DNA of 53,806 bases from an uncultured archaeon. GTDB lineage: Archaea; Asgardarchaeota; Lokiarchaeia; Sigyniarchaeales; SOKP01. Shown here one piece after another: positions 40,394 through 49,724 of the stretch. The position numbers were made by a program, and so were the translations under genes. Under the pieces are notes generated by a model, which was not told the origin of the DNA, did not search any database, and saw only the letters and a program-made list of their open reading frames with translations. The stretch is taken from positions 1 through 53,806 of the forward strand of contig CAZGJX010000011.1 in the NCBI GenBank assembly GCA_964525635.1, read 5' to 3'. How positions within the stretch are numbered: the stretch's first letter is position 1; each line of letters starts with the position of its first letter.

Positions 40394-41140
40394 TTATATT
40401 GGATGATCTAATAATTGTTTTAATTTCACGAAAACTTCTGTTGCTTTCCCTTTCAAAAAGATATCAACAATTGTATGAGTGTAATTGGATGGTTTAACAT
40501 TAATTTCAATAAAATTCGCACCTTTATCCTTTGCTATGTATGGTATTGTTGAGGCAGGCATTATTTCTCCAGTTGTTCCAACTAAAATAAAAAGTTCTGC
40601 AAGTACTGCATTTTTAATAGAATCCTCATGGGCTTTTTGAGGTATTGCTTCACCAAAAAATACAAAATCAGGTTTTAATAGTCCTCCACATTTAGGGCAA
40701 TGAGGAGGTAAATCATTTAAAAATTTATTGCTTTTAACTTTTTTCTTACATTTTATACAAGTTAATGTCTGTGCAGTTCCATGGAATTCCACAACCTTCT
40801 TACTTCCTGCCACTTGATGAAGATTATCGATATTCTGAGTAATTATTGCTTTTATTAGTCCTTTTTCCTCTAGTTCTGCAATAATGTAATGAGCTTCATT
40901 AGGTTTAGCTTGACCAAAAAACTCGTAAAAAATTTCATTTATAAGATTCCATGATTTTTTTGGATGAGCTTTAAAATAATTTTTATCTAAAAAGATTGGA
41001 TTATATTTTTCCCATAATCCATTTTTTCCACGAAAGGGTGGGATTCCACTTTCCACAGAAACTCCAGCCCCACTAAAAATTACTGTAAATTTAGATTCCA
41101 AAATCCATTTAGCTGCTAGATGATATGCATCTTCCTTCAA
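40394..41140 (-). CDS. cobB: NAD-dependent protein deacylase (Sir2/CobB family)
   Basis: GAGVSVESGIPPFRG, TQNIDNLH, EFHG, CxxC...CxxC, PDFVFFGE, VGTT; GGAGGAG RBS before the TTG start. Confidence 0.95.
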   Translation of the reverse strand: MKEDAYHLAAKWILESKFTVIFSGAGVSVESGIPPFRGKNGLWEKYNPIFLDKNYFKAHPKKSWNLINEIFYEFFGQAKPNEAHYIIAELEEKGLIKAIITQNIDNLHQVAGSKKVVEFHGTAQTLTCIKCKKKVKSNKFLNDLPPHCPKCGGLLKPDFVFFGEAIPQKAHEDSIKNAVLAELFILVGTTGEIMPASTIPYIAKDKGANFIEINVKPSNYTHTIVDIFLKGKATEVFVKLKQLLDHPI

Positions 41141-41196
41141 GCTAAACTCCTCCTATTTGCGATAAAATTAATAATTTTATAATATATTTAAATAAT

Positions 41197-41427
41197 ATGA
41201 ATAAAAATTTTTGCCGTTGGTATGATGAAACTTCTGCTATGAAGCGTGCATACGATTTAGGATTAATTGATAAAAAATGGATAGAAAATTTCTGCTGGAA
41301 TGGAGGTAAAAATTGTATTCGAAAAAAAAGATTTGAAGAAGAGAGATATGTATCGCCTGATTATGTCCTTCCCGATGGGAACGAAGACCCGAAATTAAAG
41401 AAGTTTTATAAGAATAGATATGAGTAA
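41197..41427 (+). CDS. Small Cys/Trp-rich protein, paralogue of 40126..40326
   Basis: CRWY...MKR...G.IDKKWIENFC...CIR...PDYVLPDG. Confidence 0.82.
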   Translation: MNKNFCRWYDETSAMKRAYDLGLIDKKWIENFCWNGGKNCIRKKRFEEERYVSPDYVLPDGNEDPKLKKFYKNRYE

Positions 41428-41580
41428 TATTTTTCAAATTATTTGTATAATTTTTGAAATCAACTTACTTCCAATTCTCTTTTTCCAAATCTAAGAATCT
41501 TTGTCGTTCTTCTTGCGTCATTGTTGTTATTTTCACCTCAAGTTTCGCACCAAGCTCCTCTAGAGCTTTTTTTATACTAG
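41231..41580 (+). repeat. Second copy of the ~350-bp diverged direct repeat
   Basis: See 39160-39509. Confidence 0.92.
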
Positions 41581-41760
41581 TTATGAGATTATCTTTGATA
41601 GGAATGTTCGGGAAAGGAAGTGCAAAATTAACAATAACATTACTGTCGTTAACGGTTATATTTTTAACTATTCCTAATTCTATTAAACTGCAATCGATAA
41701 AAGGATGCTTTATATCTGCCAACTTATTGAGAACTCCTTCTTCTGAAATATTAATTTCAT
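41465..41760 (-). pseudogene. DUF59 / FeS_assembly_P (SufT/PaaD-like) protein with a 1-nt frameshift just after the start
   Basis: IKHPFIDCSLIELGIV...P.P; the AGGTGA-tt-ATG at 41760 is one base out of frame with INISEEGVLNKLAD. Confidence 0.7.
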
Positions 41761-41864
41761 AATCACCTAAACTATGGATTTTTTTAATTTATTTATCATT
41801 TTTATTTTATATTTCAATTGCTTTTTATAATATTTATTCACCATATTATTAAAAGACTAAGAAA

Positions 41865-42482
41865 TCATCTCATTCTTCGATTACCTATATAAGCCCCAAG
41901 GGTAAAATATGAATTTTTTTCATAATATAATGGTTTCATAAGACCTTTTTGTTTACATAAATCTTTTAAGAAAAAATCATCATCTAAAGATAAAGCAACT
42001 ATTTCTGCGGCTATGATAACTCTATTTTTACAAATTTCTGAAGCATTTTTAACCCAAATAGTTTTACATTCTATGTGAGCTTTACATTCTTCAATTCTAG
42101 GAGGTTGGACAAACATGGATTTGATTGGTGTGAGATGTGCATGGATGAATTCATCTTGGTTCGGGGGTATTGGATCTGCAGTTCTATTAACTTTTTTTAA
42201 AAGATCTATACTTGGCACATTTAGAACAAACTCATTATTTTGTAATATATTTCTATATGTATCTCGATTTTTATCTGAACCAACACAAATAATTAATGGG
42301 TTATAAGAAACAGGCATAACCATCCCATACGGTGCTATATTATAGATACCATTTTCGTCTACGTTAGAAATTAAATATATAGGAACTGGAATAAAGCATA
42401 GCGAATAATAATTGAATTTTATTCTTCTTTTAATCTTTATATTCTATAAATAATTCAGAGTCTCTCTAAAACTTTTTGACAT
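41865..42482 (-). pseudogene. Flavin reductase-like (flavoredoxin/DIM6-NTAB) protein; in-frame TAG at 42444-42446 after the only upstream ATG
   Basis: Frame upstream of the called ORF reads FIPVPIYLISNVDENGIYNIAPYG; core has DTYRNI...EFVLN...PPRIEECKAHIEC. Confidence 0.7.
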
Positions 42483-42574
42483 TACTTTTTACTTTTTATT
42501 ATTTTATTTATTCATTGATTATATTTTTAATCGTAAAATTTTCTATAATAAAAATTAAAATTTGATAAAAATTA

Positions 42575-42866
42575 TTAATTTGCTAATGATTCTCCATTGG
42601 AATTCAAAACAGGTAAATATCTATTGTTTATGATCAAACCTAACTGAGATAGAGAACTTCTATAATATTGATAAAACCCTCCACCTTTCATTTTAAAAAC
42701 ACTGAAATTTCTTTTTTAATGCAATTTTTATCGACCAACAATAAAAAATATAATTTCAGACAATTCTAGTCATCGTAAGATTGCCTGGTATGAGGTCTAA
42801 TGTTATTCTTTCTGAAATCGCCCATTTAATTTACTATTCAAATAAGATGAATTTGTAGATGTCCAT
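42575..42866 (-). pseudogene. Degraded remnant of an unrelated gene
   Basis: Fragments AISERITLDLIPGNLTMTRIV*NYIFYCWSI and GGGFYQYYRSSLSQLGL...NSNGESLAN. Confidence 0.45.
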
Positions 42867-42882
42867 TAAAGTCCAGATCTTT

Positions 42883-43731
42883 TTAAATTCCTGATCCATA
42901 ATCTCCATAGTATAATTCTATAGAATCGTCTTTATCTACTATAATTTCTTTATTTTCTAATATTTTCTTTTCTAGAAATTCAAGTCGAGAATTTAAGGTA
43001 TTTATTGTAATTACTAATGGATCTGGAAGGTCTCCATGAGCTAGATCTATCTTCTTTATCTTTTTTCCCTCTCTTGAAATTATCTGCCCAGGTACACCAA
43101 CAACAACAGAATTGGCAGGGACATCTTTAACAACTACTGAGTTTGAACCAATTCTTACATTATCTCCTATAGTTATAGGTCCAAGTAGTTTAGCCCCAGT
43201 ACCTATAACAACATTATTTCTAACAGTTGGATGTCTTTTTTTATGTTCTAGGAAAACACCCCCTAAAACTACCCCAGAATAAAGAGTGACATTATTTCCA
43301 ATTTCCGCAGTTTCCCCAATTACAACACCAGCACCATGGTCAATAAAAAAATCACTACCTATTTCTGCACCAGGATGGATTTCAATTCCAGTTAAATCTC
43401 TAGCAATATCAGAAATATATCTAGGAATGAACGGCATACCAATTTGCCAAAAAAAATGGGCGATTCTGTATAATAATACCGCTTTAATTCCAGGATAACT
43501 TGTCAATACCTCTAGAATTGATTTAGCAGCAGGATCCTTATTAAAAGCAGAACTAACATCGGAAATAAAGAAATCTAATATTTTTTGTAGGTTTCTATCT
43601 AATTCTTCACGATTTATTTCTCTAACACTAAAATTTAGACCTAAAATACATTCTGCACAATAATTATGCTTTTCTTTTTCCTTAGAACTTAAATTTTTTC
43701 CACAACTTAAACATTGTAAATATTCTTCCAT
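42883..43731 (-). CDS. cysE: Serine O-acetyltransferase with N-terminal CxxC...CxxC extension
   Basis: [34 protein letters not shown] hexapeptide repeats, HGDLPDP. Confidence 0.95.
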   Translation of the reverse strand: MEEYLQCLSCGKNLSSKEKEKHNYCAECILGLNFSVREINREELDRNLQKILDFFISDVSSAFNKDPAAKSILEVLTSYPGIKAVLLYRIAHFFWQIGMPFIPRYISDIARDLTGIEIHPGAEIGSDFFIDHGAGVVIGETAEIGNNVTLYSGVVLGGVFLEHKKRHPTVRNNVVIGTGAKLLGPITIGDNVRIGSNSVVVKDVPANSVVVGVPGQIISREGKKIKKIDLAHGDLPDPLVITINTLNSRLEFLEKKILENKEIIVDKDDSIELYYGDYGSGI

Positions 43732-44022
43732 AGAATCTCCCTAATGTTCTTATTATTTATATTAATTTATTTAAAAATTAAAAAATTAAGCGCAAAATTG
43801 GCATATTTTATGTATAACACAAAATAAATTTTAAATCATTATATAAGAATGATTTAATGTGTTCTATGCAAAATAAGTATTATCTTAATTTATATTTAAG
43901 ATTTATATCTTATAATTCAAAACAATAAGGAAAATTGAACTCGAAATAATTATTAATATTATTCCTATAACTTTCAATTTACTTATTATAGAGAAAAAAA
44001 AGAAATAGAAATTTAATTAAAA

Positions 44023-45450
44023 CTATGTGTTGTGATATTTCCTCACTATTAATATTAATATAGTTGAAATAATTCCGATTATCAAGAGAAAATCATATCC
44101 AGAAATTACATCATCTGGTATTGTCGTGGTTGGATTTAATGGAATATCAGGATAATCATTAAGATCTAATGGATTTGTTCCCAAATCTACTTCTCTTCCA
44201 TCATTTACTCTATCATTATCACTATCAGCATCATTTGAATCTGTACCATATAATCCCTCTGAATAATTAGAGGGCATATCAAAATTGGAATCTATATCCT
44301 GTATATTTCTCGAATGACTAAATGAAGTGGTATCTGAAGTTCCCTGTCAATAGACAATTTTACCTGAATATAGGGGATTTAATGCAAATGTTCTCATATT
44401 GCTGCTAATAATTATTTCAAGTTTTCCATCATCATCAATATCATCCAGTACAGGAGTATGTAAAACGCGTGGTCTATAATGGGACCATATAAGAGCGCCA
44501 TCTGTACCATTTAGAACATAAATGTTAAAGTCTATACTTGGGATTATTACATCGAACTTTCCATCTCCATTTACATCACCTAGGGCAGCAGATGCATATA
44601 TTTCATCTCCTTTAGTATAATTCCAGAGAACTGTCCCATCTTCACTATTTAATGCATAAATTTGATTATCTTCACTTCCAATAACTACTTCCAACTTTCC
44701 ATCCCCATCAATATCACCAAGTGCGGGATATGAACAAATATAATTTGCTATGTTATAATTCCATAGGAGTGTTCCAACTTCACCGTTTATTGTATAAAGT
44801 ATATGATTTGAACTTCTAATAACTACTTCCAACTTGCCATCTCCATCTATATCACCTATAGATGGAGTTGAATATATTGGATATTCATAGAAATTAGACC
44901 AGAGAAATGATCCATCTTCAGCATTTTGAGCATAAAATGAGCCCCAATTGTCTGCACTGATTAATTCAAGCTTTCCATCTACATCTATATCACCTATGCA
45001 AGGATTTATGGTAGTCAAGAAAGTTCCATCACCATTATCACCCCAAATGAGTGTTCCATTTTCACCACTAAATACTCCACCACCAAAAAAAGAATTAATA
45101 AAAATTTCCAGTTTTCCATCTCCCTCTATGTCATCTACAACAGCGTGGGATGATGGAAAATTCTTTGAAGAACTAGCCCATAGAACTGTTCCATCTTCAC
45201 TATTTAAAACAGAAACGCCCCTAATGAAATCAACTAAAATCACCTCTAACTTTCCATCATTATCCACATCAGCGAGTGCTGGAACATCAGTAATTTCTAT
45301 TGAATCAAATGTCCATAATAAGGATACATCTTGTGATGTATTTAATCCACTAATTTCATTTTTATTATCACATTTTTGCTTTAAATTATTGGATTTTAAA
45401 TTAAATTGTGGTATTAACAATAAAAATAGATATGTAAATAAAATAAACAA
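44023..45450 (-). pseudogene. FG-GAP/PQQ-like beta-propeller surface protein with acidic DxDxD-GTxP repeat and Loki-CTERM-like anchor; split by in-frame TGA at 44347-44349
   Basis: Seven DIDGDGKLEVVI-type repeats; KIVY*QGTSD... continues in frame into ORF 44023..44277, which ends ISGY-TM-RK; the 5' end is also degraded. Confidence 0.82.
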
Positions 45451-46344
45451 TAGAAGAGTGGTTTTTTTCTATCAGTATCTAAGGAAGTATTTTTTTTAAT
45501 TTAAATTTCTTTTTGGTGTAGTCCGACATTATTAATATATTCATAAAGGATACTTTCCAATTTTTAGTAATTCTTAGAACATCTTTCAATTAAGAAATCT
45601 CGGATTCATTTGATGGTTCACTTTTTGCGTTTCCCTCCTTTTGCAGGCTGTTTTTTGACATATCGTAGATTTGAATTTTGAAAGGCTTCAAAAACAATTT
45701 CAGTCCCTTGTCCTTAAAATTCCCCGATGTTTAATTTCTAGAAATACCGACTCTCCCTTGGTTTTAGTCGGAAGGCCCCTGCCAAATAATTCTCTTTTTT
45801 TTATAATAATATAAAATGCGGAATCTTCAAGAGTTAAATTCAAACTTTTATTTCTCGTATAGAAGGAACATTCCATTTTATTTCTCGGCATAGGTTAAAG
45901 AGAGCTCGGTTAACGAAAGGATTGTATTGACAGTTAATTTTAAAATTTAAAATAAAATATAGGTCTTTAATACTTTAATCCTAAATGCTCGTGAACCTCC
46001 ATTTATCTAATAAAATATTATTTTAAAATCTTTTTGAAAAATAGCGGACGATCATTTTCAGACTGTGGCAATCATATACTAAGACTTAAAAATGGATTAG
46101 ATGAGTTCTGCAAAATAATCATCCAGAAATCTTTTGAACCTTTCTAAATGATTCTTATGATGTGGAGCGAGATATACTAAATAGAGGAAAATAATTTCCA
46201 GAGATAGAGAATTAGTAGCAAATCTCTATAAGAATAATTACAGCTATAATAGATTTAAAGATATACTTCCTTTGAAACTGTTATTTATATTTTTTTTTAA
46301 AAATAATCCGAATAATAAGTAATTCATAATCAAAATAGATTAAA

Positions 46345-47286
46345 TTAATATAATAACATTCGATCTATTGGTATCAATGCTTTCTTAGCTATTTTTTCTG
46401 GAACTTTTACTTCAAAAGATTTATCATCCAAGTGGGTTAATACATATTCTATTAGCTCAAGATTGTGTTTTTTCATATTGTAACATATCATTTTTTCACT
46501 AGCAAGAAAATATTCTTTATTAGGAAAATCCAATTTCATTCTTTCTAAGAGCCCTATTTCAGTTCCAATTATGAATTTATCTTCTTCATTTGTACTGGAC
46601 TTCACATATTTATACATCTTGGCTGTAGATCCAATTATATCTGCTAATTCACGTACAGCACGAGTACATTCTGGATGCACAAGAATTTTAGCTGTGGGAT
46701 ATTTATTCTTTTGATTAATAATATCATTTGGTTTCAATTGAGAATGAACTATACAATGTCCATTATCGGGCATTTTAATAGTTTTTATTCCTGAAATCTG
46801 TTCAACATAATCCGCTAAATTCGCATCTGGTCCAAATAAAACAGAATCACTATTGAATTCCTTACTAATATTTTTAGTAATATTGACACAATTAGATGAT
46901 GTACAACAAACATCGGCCTCAGCCTTTACTGCTGCAGTCGAGTTAACATATACAACTACAGGTTTATTTGGATTATTCTCTTTAAATTCTAAAACTTTAT
47001 CGGCGGTAAGAAATCCTGCCATTGGACAACAAGATTCAGGATTAGGTATTAACACATGTTTATGTTGGTTTAAAATAGAAGCTGTTTCTGCCATAAACAA
47101 AACTCCTGCAAATATTATATATTCAGTATTAGCTTTTTCCTTAGCAATACGAGATAATCCTAATGAATCTCCTACATGATCGGCAATTTCTTGAATCTCA
47201 ATTGGTTGATAATAATGAGCTAATATAGTGACGTCATTTTTAACTTTTAAATCTAAGATTTTCGACTGTAATTGTTTTATTGTCAT
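46345..47286 (-). CDS. nadA: Quinolinate synthase
   Basis: ILAHYYQ, GDSL, FMAETA, CPMA, YVNS, CTSSN, CIVH, HPEC, GST, GTE, CYNMK. Confidence 0.96.
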   Translation of the reverse strand: MTIKQLQSKILDLKVKNDVTILAHYYQPIEIQEIADHVGDSLGLSRIAKEKANTEYIIFAGVLFMAETASILNQHKHVLIPNPESCCPMAGFLTADKVLEFKENNPNKPVVVYVNSTAAVKAEADVCCTSSNCVNITKNISKEFNSDSVLFGPDANLADYVEQISGIKTIKMPDNGHCIVHSQLKPNDIINQKNKYPTAKILVHPECTRAVRELADIIGSTAKMYKYVKSSTNEEDKFIIGTEIGLLERMKLDFPNKEYFLASEKMICYNMKKHNLELIEYVLTHLDDKSFEVKVPEKIAKKALIPIDRMLLY

Positions 47287-47331
47287 TTTCCTTTTTAAAT
47301 CATTTGTATATTTAAATAATACGTTATTATT

Positions 47332-48549
47332 TTATTTTTTTATTATATATTTTGTATCTTTATTTAAAGGGGACATCTTTCTCAATCTTTCAATAATTGG
47401 AGGTAATACGTCTAAGAAATAATCAATATCATTTTCTTTATTAAATCTCCCTAGAGTGATTCTGAGTGATCCATGAGCTTCTTCAGGTTTTAAACCAATA
47501 GCTAATAAAACATGTGATGGTTCGAGAGACTTTGAAGAACATGCTGAGCCTGTTGATCCTGCAATCCCTTCCATATCTAAACTTAATAGTATTGACTCTC
47601 CTTCAATATATCGAAATCCAAAATTAACATTGTTAGGAAGACGTTTTGTTGGATGTCCATTTAGATATGAATCTTCAATTTTTCTTTCGATTGTATTTGT
47701 TATTTTATCTCTTAATTTTGTCAATCGTTTCATTTCATTTGGCATTTCTTTTTTTGCTAATTCAACTGCTTTAGCAAATCCTGCTATACTAGGTACATTT
47801 TCTGTGCTAGGTCGGTAATTTCGTTCATGTGCTCCTCCAAACATTATAGGTCTACAATATTTACCCCTTCCTTCTTTTTTACCTTTATTACGCATATATA
47901 ACATTCCAACGCCTTTAGGACCATATAATTTGTGTGCGCTAGCAGATAGCATATCAAACTTTAAATTATTGACATCTATAGGAATTTTTCCGAAAGCTTG
48001 TACTGCATCGGTATGAAATACAATATTAGCATCATTTGCAATTTCTGCTATATCTTTTATTGGTTCGATGGTACCTATTTCATTGTTAGCAAACATAATA
48101 CTAATTAACATTGTTTTATCCGTTATAGTTTCCTTCAAATTTTCAATATTAATTATACCGAATTTGTCTACTGGTAAATATGATACTTTAAAGCCTTGTT
48201 TTTCTAACTCTTTACAAGGATTTAATATTGCGTGATGTTCAATTGAGGTAGTAATGATATGATCCCCTCGTTTTTTATTAGCTAAGGCAGCTCCTATTAT
48301 TGCTATATTATTTGATTCAGTTCCTGAACCCGTAAAGATTACATCATCTTTTTCAGCATTAATTATTGATCCAACACTTTCACGAGATTCCTCTAATATA
48401 TTATTAGCAGCTAAACCTAAACTATGTAAACTTGAAGCATTACCATAATTTTTTTTTAGATGTTTGTTAATAACTTCAATTACACGGGGATCAACAGGAG
48501 TAGTTGCAGCACAATCAAGATAAATATATTCTTTATTCATTAATTTCAC
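47332..48549 (-). CDS. iscS: Cysteine desulfurase, group I (IscS/NifS)
   Basis: YLDCAATTP, GNASSLH, EHHAI, HTDAVQ, SAHKLYGPKG, STGSACSS. Confidence 0.96.
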   Translation of the reverse strand: MKLMNKEYIYLDCAATTPVDPRVIEVINKHLKKNYGNASSLHSLGLAANNILEESRESVGSIINAEKDDVIFTGSGTESNNIAIIGAALANKKRGDHIITTSIEHHAILNPCKELEKQGFKVSYLPVDKFGIINIENLKETITDKTMLISIMFANNEIGTIEPIKDIAEIANDANIVFHTDAVQAFGKIPIDVNNLKFDMLSASAHKLYGPKGVGMLYMRNKGKKEGRGKYCRPIMFGGAHERNYRPSTENVPSIAGFAKAVELAKKEMPNEMKRLTKLRDKITNTIERKIEDSYLNGHPTKRLPNNVNFGFRYIEGESILLSLDMEGIAGSTGSACSSKSLEPSHVLLAIGLKPEEAHGSLRITLGRFNKENDIDYFLDVLPPIIERLRKMSPLNKDTKYIIKK

Positions 48550-48858
48550 TTTTTTTGGATAATAATTAAAATTTAATATATTTTGTTTAAATACATTTTT
48601 ATTTTTTTTAAATTAATAAATGATAATTTAATTTCAAATTTAGGAGTATTTTATTTACAATTAATAAAAAATAAAATTATAATATGAAATCTAAAGTTTA
48701 TGTTTAAATTGAAAAATTAAATGCATTAATTTCATCCAATTTTAAATCTAACACAATAAAACTTGAAAATTCACCAAAACTTATAGTTTTTCCCTTATTT
48801 CATATAATAATAATTATTAAATGATTTCTTTATCTATCTTTCATGGTTAATTTCTAAT

Positions 48859-49716
48859 ATGGAACTCTCTAAAACATTAAATAAAAAATTAACAAGTCTG
48901 ATTACTTTTTTTGAAGATAAAAGAGTAATTATTGGATTTTCAGGAGGAGTAGATAGTAGCCTCTTAGCTTTTTTATCAAATAAGTATGCTAAAAAGACTT
49001 TACTTATAACAGAATGTTCTATTTTATATCCAAAAGAAGAAACAGATGCAGCAATTCAATTTGCCAAAGATCAAAATATAGAATATCTATTATTAAAAAG
49101 AGATCCTTTAAAAGATAAGGAGTTTAAAAAAAATCCTACTAATCGATGTTATCTATGTAAAAAAGGATTATATTCTGAAATTAACTTAACTCAAAAGGAA
49201 AGAAATTTTGATATTATAGTTGATGGTACTAATATAGATGATTTGTCAGATTATAGACCAGGAATATTAGCTTTAAAAGAATTAGGTATTGAAGCACCTT
49301 ATATAAAATATAATATTACAAAACAAGAAATTCGTAGATTATGTTCATTTTTCGATTTAGAAGTAAAATCAAAACCTTCAATGGCATGTTTTTCGTCTAG
49401 AATACCTTATCATCAAAAAATTAATGAAGAAAAAATAAATAAGATTATGGCCGCAGAATCATTTCTTAAAAATCAATTTAACTTAAAACAATTAAGAGTA
49501 AGATATCATGATAAGAATCTTGCAAGGATTGAATTTCTACTTAAAGATTTGCCAAAAATATTAACAAAAGATAATCTTTTATCAATAAAAACTAGTTTGA
49601 AATCTATAGGTTTTAAATACATCACTATTGATATTGAAGGATTTCGTTCTGGATCAATGAATGAAGTTTTAAATAATAGAAATATAGATAAAGAACGTGA
49701 TATTAGCACAAAATAG
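48859..49716 (+). CDS. larE: ATP-dependent sulfur transferase LarE family (TIGR00268-like)
   Basis: PP-loop SGGVDS, RCYLCK, DGTN.DD..DYRPG, ACFSSRIP, RVRYH, GFRSGSMN. Confidence 0.92.
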   Translation: MELSKTLNKKLTSLITFFEDKRVIIGFSGGVDSSLLAFLSNKYAKKTLLITECSILYPKEETDAAIQFAKDQNIEYLLLKRDPLKDKEFKKNPTNRCYLCKKGLYSEINLTQKERNFDIIVDGTNIDDLSDYRPGILALKELGIEAPYIKYNITKQEIRRLCSFFDLEVKSKPSMACFSSRIPYHQKINEEKINKIMAAESFLKNQFNLKQLRVRYHDKNLARIEFLLKDLPKILTKDNLLSIKTSLKSIGFKYITIDIEGFRSGSMNEVLNNRNIDKERDISTK

Positions 49717-49724
49717 AAGAATTC

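Noticed and set aside
40394-41140. Sir2 as an NADase defence effector (Thoeris/DSR type)
   Set aside because: Has the zinc-binding module and full motifs of a classical protein deacylase
39160-41580. Possible DGR TR/VR or prophage att repeats
   Set aside because: Differences are largely synonymous and involve all bases; no RT, integrase or phage genes
44347-44349. In-frame TGA as selenocysteine
   Set aside because: Context suggests Trp in a non-redox surface protein; no SECIS-like element recognised; the gene has other lesions
45700-45891. 63-aa ORF
   Set aside because: No motif or RBS support; lies in a degraded spacer
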